Both the position numbers and the translations under genes were made by a program. A DNA stretch of 64,000 bases from Selaginella moellendorffii. Its lineage: Eukaryota > Plantae > Lycopodiophyta. This document shows positions 10,319 through 24,219 of this stretch, one piece after another (the stretch's first letter is position 1; every line of letters starts with the position of its first letter). The stretch spans positions 1,904,806-1,968,805 of the forward strand of contig NW_003314271.1 of the NCBI RefSeq assembly GCF_000143415.4, in the 5' to 3' direction. The notes beneath the pieces were generated by a model. The model did no database searches and was not told the DNA's origin. It saw only the letters and a program-made list of their open reading frames with translations.

Positions 10319-11775
10319 TGGATCTTCTTGGTTCCAGGAATTCCTTTGCCGAGCTCCTGCGTCACTGCAAATCGCTGCGCGAGGCCAAGAGCGCACACGC
10401 CGATGTTGCCAAGGCAGGGCTGGATCGCAGCGACACATTTCTGGGGAATCTTGTTGTCCAGATGTATGCTCGTTGTGGCAGCTTGCAAGAAGCGCGCAAG
10501 GCGTTTGACAGGATCAAGGAGCCAAACGTTTTCTCCTGGACTCTACTGATCACAGCATATGCCCGGAACGGGCAAATTGAAGAGGCTTCTTTCTTGTATG
10601 ACAGCGCCCCAGAGCCGGATGTGATCCTTTCCACCGCGATGCTCACGGCCTTGGTGGAGAACAATAAGCTCGACGAGGCCCGAAAGGTATTCTCAAAAAT
10701 GCCTGAGAAGAATGTGGTGTCTTGGAATGCTATGATCTCTGGTTTTGTTCAAGCAGGGCTTTGCGAGGAGGCATTTGGAGCTTTTCAGCAAATGGATCTC
10801 GATGGGTTTTCTCCAAATTCAGTGACTCTGGTGAGCATTCTCAGTGGCTGTACGAGCTTAGCTCAAGGCAAGATGATTCATGGTAGCATTTGTTTCGAGG
10901 TTGAGACGAAAGCTATCAACGCACTGATAAGCATGTATGGCAGGTTTGCAAGCTTGGTTGATGCTCGGAGTGTTTTTGATGCTTTAGAAGAGAAGGACAT
11001 TGTTTCATGGACTGGGATGATCTCCGCTTACGTGCACAACCAGGAAAAGAACCGGGCTATGGAAACTTTCGCAAGAATGGACCTAGAAGGCGTTAGTCCA
11101 AACCGGGTCACTCTGGTAAGCGTTCTCAATTGCTGTAGCGCGCCTTCCAGCGTAACTTTCATTCGTGCAGAGGCCGTGGCAGCCGGTTTTCAAGCTCATA
11201 TCAGTCTGAACAATGCGCTCATCACTGCCTATGCTAGAACCGGATTGATCAAAGTTTCTCGAGCCATCTTTCTGGTTATGCCGGAAAAGGATACCATCTC
11301 ATTCAACGCGATGATAATCGCGTATGCCCAGCAAGGGCATGCCCGAGAAGCGCTGGAGCTGCCGTGGCTCATGGAGATGGAAGGCTTCTCCAGGGACCGG
11401 ATCACTTTCACCAACATCTTCTTCGCCTGTGGCCACTCGGGGTTGCTGGAGAGATGCTGGGAGGACCTTCTCGCAATGCAGGCCGACTTCCAGTTGAAGC
11501 CTTTGCCGGATCATTACCAGTGCTTGATGGAGCTCCTGGGAAAAGCTGGGAAGCTGGAAGAAGTCGAGGACTTGATCGGCAGCATGCCTTACGAGCCCGA
11601 CTCGGTGGCGTGGAACTCTCTGCTGGGAGCTTGCAAGATCCACAGTGACTCCAGCCGAGGAACACGAGCAACGCAGAGGTACGTGGATTTAAGTCCAGGT
11701 AATGCCACTCCTTACGTGCTAAGTTCTAATATGCACGCTCAAGATCGTGGCTTTCAGGTCCTGGATTCTCAATAG
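10318..11775 (+). CDS. PLS-E class PPR protein (485 aa, intronless)
   Basis: NLVVQMYARCGSL, P/L/S repeats, ACGHSGLL...HYQCLMELLGKAG...MPYEPDSVAWNSLLGAC...PYVLSSN (E domain). Its ATG overlaps the upstream TAA. Confidence 0.95.
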   Translation: MDLLGSRNSFAELLRHCKSLREAKSAHADVAKAGLDRSDTFLGNLVVQMYARCGSLQEARKAFDRIKEPNVFSWTLLITAYARNGQIEEASFLYDSAPEPDVILSTAMLTALVENNKLDEARKVFSKMPEKNVVSWNAMISGFVQAGLCEEAFGAFQQMDLDGFSPNSVTLVSILSGCTSLAQGKMIHGSICFEVETKAINALISMYGRFASLVDARSVFDALEEKDIVSWTGMISAYVHNQEKNRAMETFARMDLEGVSPNRVTLVSVLNCCSAPSSVTFIRAEAVAAGFQAHISLNNALITAYARTGLIKVSRAIFLVMPEKDTISFNAMIIAYAQQGHAREALELPWLMEMEGFSRDRITFTNIFFACGHSGLLERCWEDLLAMQADFQLKPLPDHYQCLMELLGKAGKLEEVEDLIGSMPYEPDSVAWNSLLGACKIHSDSSRGTRATQRYVDLSPGNATPYVLSSNMHAQDRGFQVLDSQ

Positions 11776-12210
11776 CAATCGAGGTATACACTTCTTATTC
11801 ACTGCCACTGGAATTGCATGAAAGTTCCAACTTTTCTCAAAACATTACAGTTCTCGTTTCTAGATGATCTTACTTTTAAGTCGATGAACTTCCAGGTAAC
11901 GCATGAAATCTTCAAGTTTCCGGGAATCCGGCTTCTCCAGGAGATTTTGAGCTAGTTGGCTGGCTGGAAAGAAGAAAATGCTGCGATCCAACGGCAGTGA
12001 TGTGGACGCCCCGTCGGATTCGACGTGGCACGCGGGAGGCCTTTCGCTCTGCTTTTCTATCTGACACGTCGGACGCGTCCCAGGCCGCCTATTCATCGAT
12101 CGAATACGAATTGGCGTTTGTGAGTGCGCTATCGTTTTCTATTTCTCTCTTCCAGCTCCATTCTCATTCTATCTTGTATATGATCGTGTGAGGCGCGCGC
12201 GCTCTAGGCT

Positions 12211-14295
<2,085 letters not shown>

Positions 14296-14496
14296 CAAAC
14301 AAACTGATTTTTGGAAAACTTGATCTAGACACGTGTCAATGTCTGATTGGTACTAGGTATCTGAGGTTTTTGTGGACGAATGCTTAGTGAAGAGCGTAGC
14401 GGGCAGTGGAGCTGAGCGTGGCGGCTCGCGGGAATCTCTGCGGGAATGTTGTGAAATCTCCGGGATTTGCGAGGTGCGAGCTAGGTTTGGCGCGCA

Positions 14497-16322
14497 ATGG
14501 AGACGAAATCCTCTGGTAGGTCTTTCTTGCCTCGATGGATGAGGATTTCATGGCTTGTGGCATGTCTAGGTGGAATAGTGGCGAAAAGTGAGGCACACAC
14601 GGTGAGTCGAGTAATTCTTTCTTGTAACGAGGAATTCTCACACTTGGGTCGTTCTTGTAGGAGGCCGAGTATACTGGCGAAGGGAAGGCATTAATCGGTA
14701 AGACAATTACAAAGAAAGACACTCCTGGAACTGTGGAAGAATATGATCCCGAGACCAAACTTTACAAGGTTTTGTTCTTCGGATTTGCCGTTGTCAGTTT
14801 TCTTAAAATTCGTGTCTTTGCTTTTGTAGGTGAGATTCGAGGGCGACCAAACTGAGGAGATTAAATGGGAAGAACTACAGAAGTATATCCCACAAGAAAT
14901 CATTTTCAAGAGGTAATCTTTACAATTTTTTTGTGCTTGCTTGGCGAATCTCTTCTCCTTTTTCCAGATTTTCGCAAAAGAAAAAAGAGCCAAGTGCTGA
15001 CCAGCAAGATAAACCAGGAGAACAGTCTACAAACTCTGAAGCAGCTACAGATAGTGAGGATGATGTCAAGGCGAAGAATAGTGATTATGAACGGGAAGCA
15101 AGGATCCAGCAAGTGTCTAACGAGAACGCCATCGTGATCACGCAAGTTCAAGAAGTGCAAAGGATGGAGAAGATGGACATGCTTGCGGACGTCGTGGTTC
15201 AGAGCAAACTCGAGGTGGTGGCGACGAAGAAAAGGCCACGTAAATCCGTTGCTCCCGTGAAGCTGCAACAAGAGGTTGACGCAATCAGTAGTGGCGAGGA
15301 AGCGGATGAAGAGGACGAAGAGGATGACGAGGAAAGCCATGACGAAGATAGCGAGAGCCTAGACAGTTTAAGCGAGGACGGATCAGAAGACGAGCCAGAG
15401 ATCGACAGTGAAGACGAGGACGACGACGAAGAGGATGAAGAGCGGGATAGGAAAGACGGAGTCGACGACGACAGTGATTGCAGCTTGAACGAGAGCGATC
15501 TGGAGAGGCTGAGGAAGAAGCCCAAGAAGAAACGAAAGCACGTCTTGACGCTGCAGAGGTGGAGGGGCTACAAGAAGAAGCGCAGGCTCGCGAAACAGGA
15601 GGGATCCGATGGCACCCTGGCGATCAAGCGGCAGAAGAGACCCAAGAAGCCGACTCCAGTGGACGAGTTGACGAGGCGGCGTCAGGTCATCGCAGCGGAG
15701 CTCAAGAGGAAACTCAAGGAGAGCTGTGCGAATCTCAAGCGGAAGAAGAAGAAGAAGAAGACCGTGGCTGTGGAGTCTATTGTGGAGCCAAGCCTGGTGG
15801 AGCTGAGTCCGGCAAAGCTAGCTCTTCCGGAACCACCCGAGGTGCTGGAGTCGCCGGAGCCGTCTCCAAAATCTCTCGAGGTTGCTACTCCTTCCACAGC
15901 GATTACTTCTACGAACTTAAACGCGAGCGAGAGCAAGCCATCGCCGTTCGACCGGGGAATCAAGCTCCGGGGACGCAAGCTGAGGAAGAGATTCAATGGA
16001 AGGGTCTTTCGCGGCGAAGTTGCGGACTACGACAGAAGGAACCGACGCTACAAGGTTTGGTCTCGAAAGAAGTATTTCTGCATGGATTTCTTATCTGTGA
16101 GCTTGTCATCAGGTCCGATACGAAGATGGCGACGAGGAGCAGCTAATGTGGAAGGACGTGGGGCCGCTGCTGGTGCCATTCGAGGAGCTGCATACGTGGG
16201 ACGATCCAAACTATCAGCCACAGCAAACGCGAGTTATAAGCTCGGAGCTCCTCGCAGTGGAGAAGAAGGCCAGGGAGGAGAAGCTAAAGCTTCCAAAACT
16301 CAAGCCTCAAGTCGTCAAGTAA
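14497..16322 (+). CDS. Nuclear protein with two Tudor-like (PTM/DIR17-type) domains flanking acidic and Lys/Arg-rich tracts
   Basis: Spliced LIGKTITKK...GTVEEYDPETKLYK|VRFEGDQTEEIKWEEL and LRGRKLRKRFNGRVFRGEVADYDRRNRRYK|VRYEDGDEEQLMW, with a D/E tract and NLS-like K runs between. Start and stop inferred from GT-AG fits. Confidence 0.75.
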
Positions 16323-16324
16323 GA

Positions 16325-16327
<3 letters not shown>

Positions 16328-16371
<44 letters not shown>

Positions 16372-16642
16372 CTGTTTTGTGATTCTTTGTTTGATGTTTG
16401 TATTTCCTAACTTATTCTTTGTGTAGGCTCTTTGGTTGATGATTAAAGATCTCTCATCGTTTGTGACTAGATTCATTGTGTGTGTTTTGTGATTCTTTGT
16501 CTGATGTTTGTATTTCCTACCTGATCCTTTGTGAAGGTTCTTTGGTTGATGGTTAAAGGTCTCCCACCGTTTCGTTTGTGACTAGATTCATTGCTTGATG
16601 GTTTGATCTCATCGCTTTTCTTGTTTGTGACTAGATTCATTT
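16328..16642. repeat. (CT)n microsatellite followed by an imperfect ~115-bp tandem duplication
   Basis: CT run at 16328-16362. 16363-16477 resembles 16478-16592, with a third partial copy ending GTTTGTGACTAGATTCATT. Confidence 0.85.
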
Positions 16643-16895
16643 GATTTTTATATCCAGTTTAAGTTGTAGTACCTCTTCATTGACAGGAAAGAGCGGAAGG
16701 AACGTTGAAACAGGTGATCCAAAGGTCGTCCAAAGGTCGTCAACGTACATCAGCTGCAAAATTTTAACTTGAATTCATTACGTTGTAGCACGTGGTGTAG
16801 AGACCTGGTAGTGACGTGTTGTTTCTAGCCGCCGCGTTTTTCCAGGTGCATTCTAGCTGCAGGCTTTTACTGACATAGACTTGTACTTTAGGGCA

Positions 16896-19439
16896 ATGTT
16901 GGCATCAATCAGAGAGCATCAAAGCATCATCGCATCCTTGCCCGTAGATTTCTCTTGCCGAAGAGCAGCATCACAGGGCTTGGCAATGGATCAAAGGGCC
17001 GCATCTCAATGCCTGGCAATGGATCGGCAATCGTGGGTATTCACCAAACAGGTAAATTGCTCTTGTGGAGGAGGAGGGAGAGCTACTGGATCGCTACCAT
17101 CACGCTTGCATTGGCTTCCATCGCCTAATAAGCTTCCCCCGATCGCTCGCTCCGTGCGGAGATTGCCAAGTCCTCTGGCGGCGGCGGCAGTAAATACCAA
17201 CGGTTCTTGCGCGGTTAGAGAGAACCACCGGGATTATGTGCATTGGTTCAGGGAAGCGTGGCCATACATCCAAGGCCATCGCGGCAGCACATTCGTGATC
17301 GTTGTCCCAGGCGAGATTTTGGCAAAGCGAGAGACTCTAGACAATATCTTGCAGGTTCTTGTGGTGATCTCAATTGTTCCTGGCTGATTTGCCTCGACTT
17401 TGCCAGGATGTTTCACTGCTCCATGGATTGGGAATCCAGATTGTGCTCGTTCCGGGGGTCCGCGTCCAAATCGACGATCTTCTCCGGGAGAGGGGTAAGG
17501 AGATTTGGATCTGCGAGAGGAGGGACTCTAGTTTTTCGAGCGGAAAAGAGAGGTTGGATTCCAGAGGAACGACACAAACAGCTAATAAATGCTTGTAGAT
17601 TGCAGGTAGAGAGCCGAGATATGTTGGAGCTTACAGGATAACTGATGCTCACGCTCTCGATGCTTCCATGGAGGCGGCTGGAAAATTGCGCGTCGAGATA
17701 GAGGCGAAGCTCTCACGGGGACCAAGCATCCCTGTTCTTCGTCGGCATGGCGAGAATGAAAGGTGGCACGAGTCCGGCTTGGGTGTTGCGAGTGGGAATT
17801 TTCTGTCAGCAAAGGTTCGTGAAGGCGTGATGAGAATCTGCGTAACGATCTGGGCTTGAACTGTGCAGCGAAGAGGCGTGGTCAATGGAGTGGACTTTGG
17901 AGCGACTGGAGAAGTGAAAAAGATTGATGCGGAACGCATCAAAGAGAGGCTCGACAAGAACTGCATCGTCCTGATGAGCAATCTTGGGTATTCTAGCACG
18001 GGAGAGGTTCTAAACTGCAAGTAAGCATCCATTGCCTTTGATCTTTGATCTTTCTTTCTTTTTCTTAAAACGCTTTTAGTACGTACGAGGTGGCGACGGC
18101 GTGCGCGGTGGCTCTTCAGGCTGACAAGCTTTTGTGCCTGCTCGACGGTCCGGTTCTTGACGAGAATGGATTCCTGATTCGCTTCATGACACTTCTTCGG
18201 GCCGACCAGCTGATAAGACAGCGCGCAAGCCAAAGTTACATCGCTGCCGATTACGTGAAGGCTCTGGCGGGGGCAAGCTACGCGAAAAGTCTCGGTCTAG
18301 CGGACGTTCCTTTCACGAATGAAAGGCGCGGTTTTTATGTGAGTGCGTCCACCGGCGACTTAGCACTCAGCGAAGAGAACTATGATTCCTGCGGGAAGGG
18401 GTTTGCTGTTGGTGGCTTGGTGCGGACACAAGGATACTTATCGGAGTTGACGGCCTCTGTTCACGTTTGTCGGGTAAGAACTTCGGAGCTTTCGAATATT
18501 TTTTTTTCTTTCGCGAAATTGAAGCTGTGCCGTGCTGGTCCTTAGGCAGGGGTAAGGCGGGTCCATCTCTTGGATGGTACCATTGAGGGAGCTCTTCTCC
18601 TTGAGCTTTACACCAGAGATGGAATAGGCACGATGATCGCAAGGTAAAGTCTCGTTGTTCATCAGTTTTAAATTGTTTGTGATGTTTGGATCTTTGACTG
18701 ATGATTTAATGCTCAATACAGTGATATGTACGAAGGCATTCGTTGTGCCACCAAGGACGATCTTCAGGANNNNNNNNNNNNNNNNNNNNNNNNNNNNNNN
18801 NNNNNNNNNNNNNNNNNNNNNNNNNNNNNNNNNNNNNNNNNNNNNNNNNNNNNNNNNNNNNNNNNNNNNCTCTCGATTCCGATGGCTCTCAATGAGATGT
18901 TCTCCGCAGTTACGAGGGGAGCTGGAGCATTATGTCGTCGTGGAAAGAGAAGGATCGTTAATTGCCTGCTGCGCACTGTATCCTTTCCTCAAAGACAAAT
19001 GCGCAGAAGTTGGAGCTTTCGCTGTTTCTCCCGAGTGTCGCGGCCACGGCCAAGGCGACAGCCTACTCGGTTCGTGCATGCATCTTTCTAGTTTATTGTT
19101 TCCTATGCGGAGCATAGAAACTAACCGGTTTCGCGATTGCAGATTATGTAGAGCAAAAGGCTGCTGCAATGGATTGCCAGTATCTCTTCCTCTTGACAAC
19201 TCGCGCCGCAGATTGGTAAACAACTCTCGTCGATCTTTACGATCTTTGGATAAAAAAGAAAAAAACGTTTTTGTTTATGTTTCTCCAGGTTCGTTAGCAG
19301 GGGATTTTTCCAGTGCCCCCTGGAGCAACTGCCGGCGGCGAGGCGGTCCGGAATAGACTTCACGAGAGGCTCCAAGTATTACATGAAGTCCTTGCAGCCG
19401 CGGCCGTGCAGCAGCGCACAGCTCGCCCTCCAGTTTTGA
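16896..19439 (+). CDS. NAGS: N-acetylglutamate synthase (amino-acid acetyltransferase), plastid type, multi-exon, spans an N gap
   Basis: [68 protein letters not shown], and GNAT domain [19 protein letters not shown]...RGSKYYMK. Confidence 0.95.
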
Positions 19440-20231
19440 GGCGATGTCTCGAGTCTATACAGTGAGTACGCGTCCGTTTTCTTTTTTTCTACTTTGTCAA
19501 GGAGTCCGTGTGAGAGCCTGTCCTTTCAACTTCACAGGTAGAAGATGTATACCCGGGCGAGAATAATGCGTCAAGCTTTTCGGGATGGGAGAAACTTTCT
19601 TCCACAACTTGGCTGTACTTCTCCGGGAGAGCATTCGATCGATCCAGTCGTCCTCGCGGAAGAGCGAGCGAGCGAAAGAGAGGAGAAAGAAAACTGGTTT
19701 CTTGGAAGCGAGAATTTTGCCGAGCAGTGGTGAATGCCAATACAGCCGGTGTGATTCTTTGGTACAAAAAAAAAAAAACCAAGCACACTCCTTTAAAACA
19801 TTAAAGTGTAGCCGTTATAAAGGCTCGCGTTTAAAAAGATGGGGTGAGATCCCAGCCGCTAGATCCGACGGTGATTGGAGGCCGTCAATATCCGGTCCAA
19901 CTTCCTTGGAACACACCCGTACGGAACGCGGATGAAATGGCCCATGGTGGGTGGCGCAGGGATAAAGATTCCCTGGAGATGCTGGTATGGCAGGGTCGCC
20001 TCACTGGCTCACTGGCATTGGTATAGTTTCCTCCTCCTAGGGTTTTACTACTCTTTTCGTTCTTTCGCCCTTCTTCGCGCTTCCTCCTGCCAGGGCTGCG
20101 TCGTGATGATCGTCTTGGAAATCTCTACCGCAATGACGGCGATCTGCGGCCCTGCGCAGTGATTCTTTCCCCCCGTTCTTGAAATCTTTGCTCTTCTTGA
20201 TCGATCGATCGATCGATCTTTCGATCTTTCC

Positions 20232-22589
20232 ATGGCGCGGCTGGAGATCCGGGTCGCTGCCCTCGTGTTCTTGCTGGCGCTGTCGCGGTTCCGATGCGAC
20301 GAGGAGGAGATTTCGCGCAAGACTTACATTGTGAGGATGGACAAGGGAGCAATGCCGGCGATATTTCGGACGCACGAATCCTGGTATGAATCCACTCTCG
20401 CAGCAGCGTCGGGAATCCACGCCGCCGCCCCGGCGGCCGAATTCATCCACATCTACAACACGGCGATGCACGGATTCGCGGCCAAGATGAGCGCTCGCCA
20501 GGCGGCGGCGCTGGAATCCGCCCCGGGATTCATCCACATGTTTCCAGACTCCGCCAAGAAGCTCCACACGACGTATAGCCCACAGTTCTTGCATCTGGAG
20601 CAGTCCAACCACGCGCCATCGCTCCTCTGGAAGGATTCCACCTATGGCTCCGAGGCAATCGTGGGGATCTTCGACACTGGCGTGTGGCCGCAGAGCCAGA
20701 GCTTCGACGATCGCAAGATGTCGCCGGTTCCATCGCGGTGGAAGGGGACCTGCCAGGCCGGCCCGGGCTTCGATCCAAAGCTGTGCAACCGCAAGCTCAT
20801 CGGTGCGCGATTCTTCTACCGCGGCTACGAGGCGATGAGCGGTCCTATCAACGACACCACCGAATTTAAGTCGCCCAGGGACTCGGACGGCCACGGCACG
20901 CACACGGCCTCCACTGCCGCCGGGCGGGACGTGTACCGCGCGGACCTCCTCGGCTTTGCCGCCGGCACCGCTCGCGGCATGGCGCCCAAGGCACGCATCG
21001 CCGCCTACAAGGTCTGCTGGCAGTCGGGCTGCTTCGACTCGGACATCCTCGCGGCTTTCGACCGCGCTGTCTCGGACGGCGTGGACGTGATCTCTCTCTC
21101 GGTCGGCGGTGGAGTGATGCCTTACTACCTCGACAGCATTGCCATCGGCTCCTTCGCGGCCATGGAGCGGGGGATTTTCGTGGCTTGCTCGGGCGGGAAC
21201 GAAGGCCCGACTGATATGTCGGTGACCAACATCGCGCCTTGGATCACCACCGTCGGGGCCAGCACCATGGACCGGAGCTTCCCCGCGAATGTGAAGCTGG
21301 GCAATGGGATGGTGATACAGGGGGTGTCGCTCTACAGTGGGAAAGGACTCCCTCACCACCAGNNNNNNNNNNNNNNNNNNNNNNNNNNNNNNNNNNNNNN
21401 NNNNNNNNNNNNNNNNNNNNNNNNNNNNNNNNNNNNNNNNNNNNNNNNNNNNNNNNNNNNNNGAAAGATCGTGTTTTGCGAGCGCGGGAGCAATCCTCGC
21501 GTCGAGAAGGGATACAACGTCCTCCAGGCGGGCGGAGCCGGGATGATCCTCGCAAACGCGGTCGCGGATGGCGAAGGCCTCGTCGCGGACAGCCATCTTC
21601 TCCCGGCGACAGCAGTGGGAGCTCGGTCCGGGAGCGTGATCCGGAAGTACATGCACAGCACCAGGAATCCAACCGCGACGATAGAGTTCCTGGGGACAGT
21701 GTATGGCTCCGGCAACGCTCCGGTGATCGCGTCCTTCTCGTCGCGCGGTCCCAACCCGGAGACGCCCGAGATACTCAAGCCCGACTTGGTGGCTCCAGGC
21801 GTCAACATTCTGGCCTCGTGGACCGGCGACGCGGGGCCGACGGGGCTCTCGGCGGACACGAGACGCGTCAAGTTCAACATCCTGTCCGGGACTTCCATGG
21901 CCTGTCCTCACGTCAGTGGCCTCGCCGCGCTGCTCAAGTCGGCTCACCCGACTTGGAGCCCGGCCGCCATCCGGTCGGCGCTCATGACAACTTCTACAAT
22001 GGAAGGGAAGTCCGGGCACGTAATCGGCGACGAGGCCACGTCCAACTCTTCCACGCCATTCGACTTTGGATCCGGGCTCGTGGACCCCGTGAGCGCTCTC
22101 GACCCGGGCCTGGTGTACGACTTGTCGGTGCGGGACTACGAGAGGTTCCTGTGCGGGCTGAACTACTCGAGCAGGGCCCGGTCGACCGTCACCCGGAGTC
22201 ACTTCTCGTGTAGCAAGGACAGCACGACGAGGGACCGGCCCAGCAGCCTCAACTATCCATCCTTCTCGGTGGTGTTTGATCTGAGCCAGAAGGCTTACAC
22301 CACCACGGTGTCAAGGACTGTGACCAACGTTGGGCCGGCGAAGTCTTTGTATACTGCGAGGGTGGTGGCGCCGAGGGGAGTGGAGATCACTGTCAAGCCC
22401 AGCAAGCTCGAGTTCCAGAAGAGGAACCAGAAGATGGAGTTTCAGATGAGCATCACGGCCAAGTCGTCGCGGTCTGTGGCGGCGGGCGAGTCGGAGACGC
22501 AGTTCGGGGTGCTGATTTGGAGCAACACTCGCGGAGGACGACAGATGGTGCAGAGCCCGATCGCCATCAGCCGGCAGCAGCCATTTTGA
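20232..22589 (+). CDS. Subtilisin-like serine protease (S8, I9 prodomain, PA and Fn3 domains), secreted; contains an N gap
   Basis: Signal peptide; catalytic motifs DTGVWP, DGHGTHTASTAAG and SGTSMACPH; also FSSRGP, LKPD and LNYPSF. Confidence 0.97.
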   Translation: MARLEIRVAALVFLLALSRFRCDEEEISRKTYIVRMDKGAMPAIFRTHESWYESTLAAASGIHAAAPAAEFIHIYNTAMHGFAAKMSARQAAALESAPGFIHMFPDSAKKLHTTYSPQFLHLEQSNHAPSLLWKDSTYGSEAIVGIFDTGVWPQSQSFDDRKMSPVPSRWKGTCQAGPGFDPKLCNRKLIGARFFYRGYEAMSGPINDTTEFKSPRDSDGHGTHTASTAAGRDVYRADLLGFAAGTARGMAPKARIAAYKVCWQSGCFDSDILAAFDRAVSDGVDVISLSVGGGVMPYYLDSIAIGSFAAMERGIFVACSGGNEGPTDMSVTNIAPWITTVGASTMDRSFPANVKLGNGMVIQGVSLYSGKGLPHHQXXXXXXXXXXXXXXXXXXXXXXXXXXXXXXXXXXKIVFCERGSNPRVEKGYNVLQAGGAGMILANAVADGEGLVADSHLLPATAVGARSGSVIRKYMHSTRNPTATIEFLGTVYGSGNAPVIASFSSRGPNPETPEILKPDLVAPGVNILASWTGDAGPTGLSADTRRVKFNILSGTSMACPHVSGLAALLKSAHPTWSPAAIRSALMTTSTMEGKSGHVIGDEATSNSSTPFDFGSGLVDPVSALDPGLVYDLSVRDYERFLCGLNYSSRARSTVTRSHFSCSKDSTTRDRPSSLNYPSFSVVFDLSQKAYTTTVSRTVTNVGPAKSLYTARVVAPRGVEITVKPSKLEFQKRNQKMEFQMSITAKSSRSVAAGESETQFGVLIWSNTRGGRQMVQSPIAISRQQPF

Positions 22590-22681
22590 TTCGATTCGAT
22601 CGATCGACAGGAGAGAAGGTACCGTTATCATGAATGATGTGATCTTTGGATAAGCAGCTCGCTCACCACCATTCCAGGAAA

Positions 22682-22685
<4 letters not shown>

Positions 22686-22712
<27 letters not shown>
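22686..22712. repeat. (TC)n microsatellite
   Basis: Direct TC run. Confidence 0.9.
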
Positions 22713-22716
<4 letters not shown>

Positions 22717-22896
22717 CTTTGTTCTTTCTTGTTTCGTCCCAGAGCAACTCTCCTCCAAATCAAATAAGTGAGATCTCCGATTCTCTCCGGAAGAAAGGAA
22801 TTTTGGAGCGTTTCGTAAGGCTTTTGGCTGGAAAGCCTTACAGTGAGATTGCGATTCCATTCAAAAAATTCCAGGAAAAAGATTTGCACCTTCTTG

Positions 22897-24099
22897 TCAT
22901 GCTTGAGGCCTCTGGCACGCACTGAAGAGACGCCAAGTTACCAAAGCCATGGCCACCGCTGCCGACATCTCAAATCCCACGACTTTGGAAAAATCCCACT
23001 TAAGTCCTCGATGCAAGTAGCTGAAAGGATAGAGACGAACGAAACTTTTAAGCTCTTTATCACCAGCAACTACGGAAGAACTTTAAATGAAGAGAGGAAC
23101 CTGCTGATCGACGGCATAGCTGCGAGGATTCCAGCACTTGTGTAGATGATTGGAACTAATGCCGACGGCTTGGATTTTCGAAGCCACATTAGCGATCCCA
23201 GAGCGGCCAAAGACACTGTAAGAACCTGGAAACACAGAAGAAACAATTCGTGAACTCGAACAAAAGATGACACAGCAAAAACTAAAGTCGAGAAAAACTT
23301 CGAGACAGCAAAAGGGTGCTTACCAGGTTCACGTTTGCTTCAATTCCTTGCAGAAGATAGTCCCAGGTGAATTCGTGGCCTTTTGCTCCCACCCACAGCG
23401 GTGCGAGCCTGTGCAGCAGTGAATCCGCAAATGCCCATCCTGTGAAGATCTAAAAACTTTAAAACGCTGCTCTTGAGCTCTAAGGCTGCGCTGCGCTCGA
23501 AAGGAAAAATAAAGGAAGAAAAACATACCAAGTCCAATGGCTTGGAACTTGTGATTCTGAGAGATGTTCCGGTACGTGAGCTGAGTGAGCGCGAAATACA
23601 TGCCGGCTACATCCAGAAAACCGATAAGCGCCTTCAACATCTCCTGGAAAGAAAACAAAAAACGTTAGAAGTTGGCCTTTTTTTTTCTTCTTTTCTCTCC
23701 TCGCTCGCTTTGAATGTCTTCACTCACTTGGGATGGATGGAAATCATCGTTATCCGATGCCTGTAAAAACGTTGCGAAAAGCACAAGCTGCATAGCAAAA
23801 CCAGAGATTTTTGGTCGAAAACACACCAAAACAATGGAGATTCTCGAAAACACACCAAAACAATGTAGATTCTATGCACGAGAACGCTTACCTTGATCAA
23901 TGTAGTCCCCAGATACACAAGCGCGGCCTTAACACACGTCCCAACAGTGTCATACTCAGATCTAAGGCAATCATAGCGTCAATCTGAGACAATTCGGATC
24001 GGCAGATCAGATTGATACTCACAGTGGCGTCGCCTTGTAGTAGACAGCGTGCGGGCCAAACGTGAGCGCGGCGCAATTGAAGAAGTGGAAGAGCGTCAT
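22897..24099 (-). CDS. TMEM147: Transmembrane protein 147 (BOS/nicalin-NOMO complex subunit)
   Basis: MTLFHFFNCAALTFGPHAVYYKATPL, EMLKALIGFLDVAGMYFAL, KFQAIGLG|WAFADSLLHRLAPLWVGA, and C-terminal ...ACQRPQA*. Confidence 0.9.
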
Positions 24100-24219
24100 T
24101 GCTCCAGCTCCAAAACCCTAAACCTAAAGGGTTCTCTAACAAATCAGTTTAACCCTTTGTTTATAATCAAAAGGTAACAGTAAACACTTTTATTATTGTC
24201 TGGGCAATCCAAAGAAATT

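Noticed and set aside
20037-22202. 721-aa antisense ORF over the subtilase
   Set aside because: Shadow of a GC-rich CDS, and it bridges an N gap.
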